Below are positions 44,801-46,003 of a stretch of 46,003 nt of DNA, in pieces; positions within the stretch are counted from its first letter, which is position 1, and each line of letters begins with the position of its first letter. Source of the DNA: a virus (lineage: Duplodnaviria > Caudoviricetes); IMG/VR virus record IMGVR_UViG_3300042564_000827, positions 1 to 46,003 of that record; one strand, 5' to 3'. Both the position numbers and the translations under genes were made by a program. The notes beneath the pieces are model-generated. The model saw nothing but the letters and a program-made list of their open reading frames with translations. It was not told the origin of the DNA and did not search any database.

Positions 44801-46003
44801 TTTATCGTTATTGTATCGTTCAAACACAACACGAAGATTTTCAGCTACAGCAGTCTGTTGATTAACAGAGAGTGACTCATCAAGACTCTCTACAAAATCT
44901 CTAACCCAAATCTTTTGGTCTTGGGATAGTGCCTTTGAATTCTTAACAAAGTCAAGTCGTTCTTGTAATGTAATATAGTCAGGATCATAGAGTAGAGTAG
45001 AACTTTGTTCACCAGTAAAGGGATCAAAGCTATTATTACGTTCATCAAACTCATTGTTAGAACGAACCCTCACAGATCGTTTACCTGCTAGCGTAGTACC
45101 TCGATAGTCTGTTAATGATATAGCTTGTGCTACATTATCAGAGTCAGCTATGTACATTTCTCTAAGTTGTCTTTGAGCCTCTGTATTACGTAACAATTCA
45201 TTAGGTCTAGCTACATTAAGTTGAAATAAATTTTCTTCAGCTTTAGATACAGCAGTTTGTCTAGTAGGAAACCATAGTGTTCTTGCATTATCAAGTTTTC
45301 TTAATGCTGCAATGCTAAGTTGATTACCTTTTGTAGTAGTAAAAGCCTTTACGTCTAATGCACCCTTTTGTAAGAGTCCAGCTTTTTCTTCACTACCTAG
45401 ATGCTTAACTTGAACCATCATAGGTTGGCGCTTAAGCCATATACTATAAGTCTCTACTGGAGGTGGACTACCATCTAAAAGAACTGGGCTTGTCTCTTTT
45501 AATTTATTAGCCTTAAGTCTACTATCTGCTTTCTCATCAAGAGATTTAAGTAGTTGGTCTTTATTTTTTAATATAGGGACCATTGAACTACGACAGTTCC
45601 AATGTAATGGAGGTCTAAATCTTAGATCATCAATTTTATATACTTCACCATCATGGTGTGCACAAACAGGTGATGTTCGATTATCAAGCACAGCAGTAAA
45701 CCTGTAACCAATAAGTAGTTCTTCATTACGATTCATTACAATATTCATTGCAGTAGACTGAGTGTTTGTAATAGCAGTCCTAACTAATACTTTAGCTTGC
45801 ACTTCAGTAAGTGTAGTAGTACGAATAACTTCCTCTAATATTTGATTAGTTGATTTTCCATCTGCTAATCCCGCTTTAATTTTTCCATCAATTCTTGCTA
45901 ATTCTCCACTACCAATGGCATCAAAATGTTGCCTAAGTGTTTTAGATGCAGTAATGTTTGGACCAATCAAGTTAGGTATTGCTTCGCTAGCCCTTGGTCT
46001 CTG
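41876..46003 (-). CDS. MuF (SPP1 gp7-like) head morphogenesis protein fused to a T7-like RNA polymerase; 5' end outside the window (>1364 aa)
   Basis: MuF: RTAIT...YRFTAVLDNRTSPVC..HDG...PPLHWNCRS. RNAP: DGRGRVY, NDASSSGAQ, KAQNMVSFYG, NHMND, IHDAF. Frame stays open to the window edge. Confidence 0.9.
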   Translation of the reverse strand, partial: QRPRASEAIPNLIGPNITASKTLRQHFDAIGSGELARIDGKIKAGLADGKSTNQILEEVIRTTTLTEVQAKVLVRTAITNTQSTAMNIVMNRNEELLIGYRFTAVLDNRTSPVCAHHDGEVYKIDDLRFRPPLHWNCRSSMVPILKNKDQLLKSLDEKADSRLKANKLKETSPVLLDGSPPPVETYSIWLKRQPMMVQVKHLGSEEKAGLLQKGALDVKAFTTTKGNQLSIAALRKLDNARTLWFPTRQTAVSKAEENLFQLNVARPNELLRNTEAQRQLREMYIADSDNVAQAISLTDYRGTTLAGKRSVRVRSNNEFDERNNSFDPFTGEQSSTLLYDPDYITLQERLDFVKNSKALSQDQKIWVRDFVESLDESLSVNQQTAVAENLRVVFERYNNDKQPWVNFMNVVRGEMQFSVVNTSRILDRRSRARSQQFDSYGVAGEPAKIQIFGRYYTFDEITNNTLTNQRYTDAWNEKFGRPLARRILYTGRTPLYTWFKGPLTRDNKSFSKRLETFVREDIPGGALWLDRNKPKEDLITQFIRAKNEGWRKILDLELLYRGNKQSYTQQFIEGRTNDKFVIDSLSRVLGVVADGKSTDYDTLAINIGKELRSNWKYPEFPFFKSTLKDYHSDGSEILTALKDSGYIRVVKRGKTRRSVVDLETGRASGPWRDTISREVQILNKDMLDLQRTNRALIVSQRIGIVNDRDKIFVRPGQKTYFDARGKNTGIPIITRRANANYDKVLIDNDFANMLNHTMATKYEVDNEYAGFMEDVVRFRDPRGNVKKYDDLNDFRKLILTRGDQGYSFIQTVKYHRDNGKPFSVVANIDGRGRVYYQGFLTPTGGEVVRPFLNTVKAEAVTPEIVQELMIQTGSMIGPATEALTQAGRMEIFMRNQKDILSLGRLMRETTQRDRRIRDFLEHPIIRSQEAEEIPKIARLAIEYARIYDHVDGNFTDLKKLATYKTKLMIENDASSSGAQIIGLSTGDRDISINSNVLPTLQKNRLYDLVAMDTVSDPEFQKIQGLREANIQWTDLQKAAKAQNMVSFYGAGKATQAANIEAKFASVLETKGYTVVTREELRGVTNIIDAKIKDADRLGADNVVFGLKQLKRELNEVVEGETPVGQELLAHARDSHPDVEAFVDKLMNARKGLIGPQDFKAVSEIMSRRLAERAPVTQKFVQFWKEAAKAYVDETQKVDVPWVTFDGKTLYQRYRPKVQTSIEFFDKEAGRMVRNIYEDRAEDASLLGKSSLMRAGIGMGVNGNHMNDASIVRRYHLWGRRNGVETATIHDAFFTNIGLAAKSKVALREIYADALEGDTIEKTLLALKKEGMSDKTYRALRQKAIEDGLINPRNKITRKDILAPIPKGMDWYGIGP

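Noticed and set aside
1037-44875. Plus-strand and alternative-frame ORFs in the track (e.g. 26754-27182, 31202-31672, 34238-34657, 40130-40564, 18714-19208)
   Set aside because: Fully nested in long minus-strand genes; explained by codon bias and low-complexity repeats; no recognisable motifs
41876-45970. C-terminal polymerase read as a family A DNA polymerase, or the fusion as an intein/frameshift artefact
   Set aside because: DxRGRxY and the HxxD motif before IHD are RNAP-specific; no exonuclease or intein motifs were seen; the frame is continuous
1-46003. Stop-codon reassignment
   Set aside because: Long genes are intact under the standard code, and TAA, TGA and TAG (39141) all end genes

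Overview
A ~46 kb, AT-rich segment of a lytic-looking tailed phage with a long non-contractile tail (siphovirus morphotype). All real genes lie on the minus strand. In transcription order (46003 toward 1): a 5'-truncated MuF/SPP1-gp7 minor head protein fused to a complete T7-type single-subunit RNA polymerase; scaffold, major capsid, head-tail joining, tail terminator and tail tube genes; tail chaperones with a -1 frameshift site; an HK97-gp10-like protein; a tape measure carrying a pesticin-like muramidase; tail tip proteins; and a ~19 kb fibre/adhesin block ending in an intrinsic terminator. An early-type region follows, with two 65-bp promoter-like repeats, many small membrane/exported ORFs, a second stand-alone T7-like RNAP, a T7 gp2.5-like SSB and a tRNA(CAU). 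The main candidate new system is a two-polymerase transcription cascade: a probably virion-packaged MuF-RNAP plus a second RNAP, with at least two classes of repeated promoter-like elements. The early region also carries RNA structure: a canonical hammerhead ribozyme overlapping a stop codon, two H-type pseudoknots and a tandem covarying hairpin repeat. All calls come from reading motifs by eye; no searches were run.
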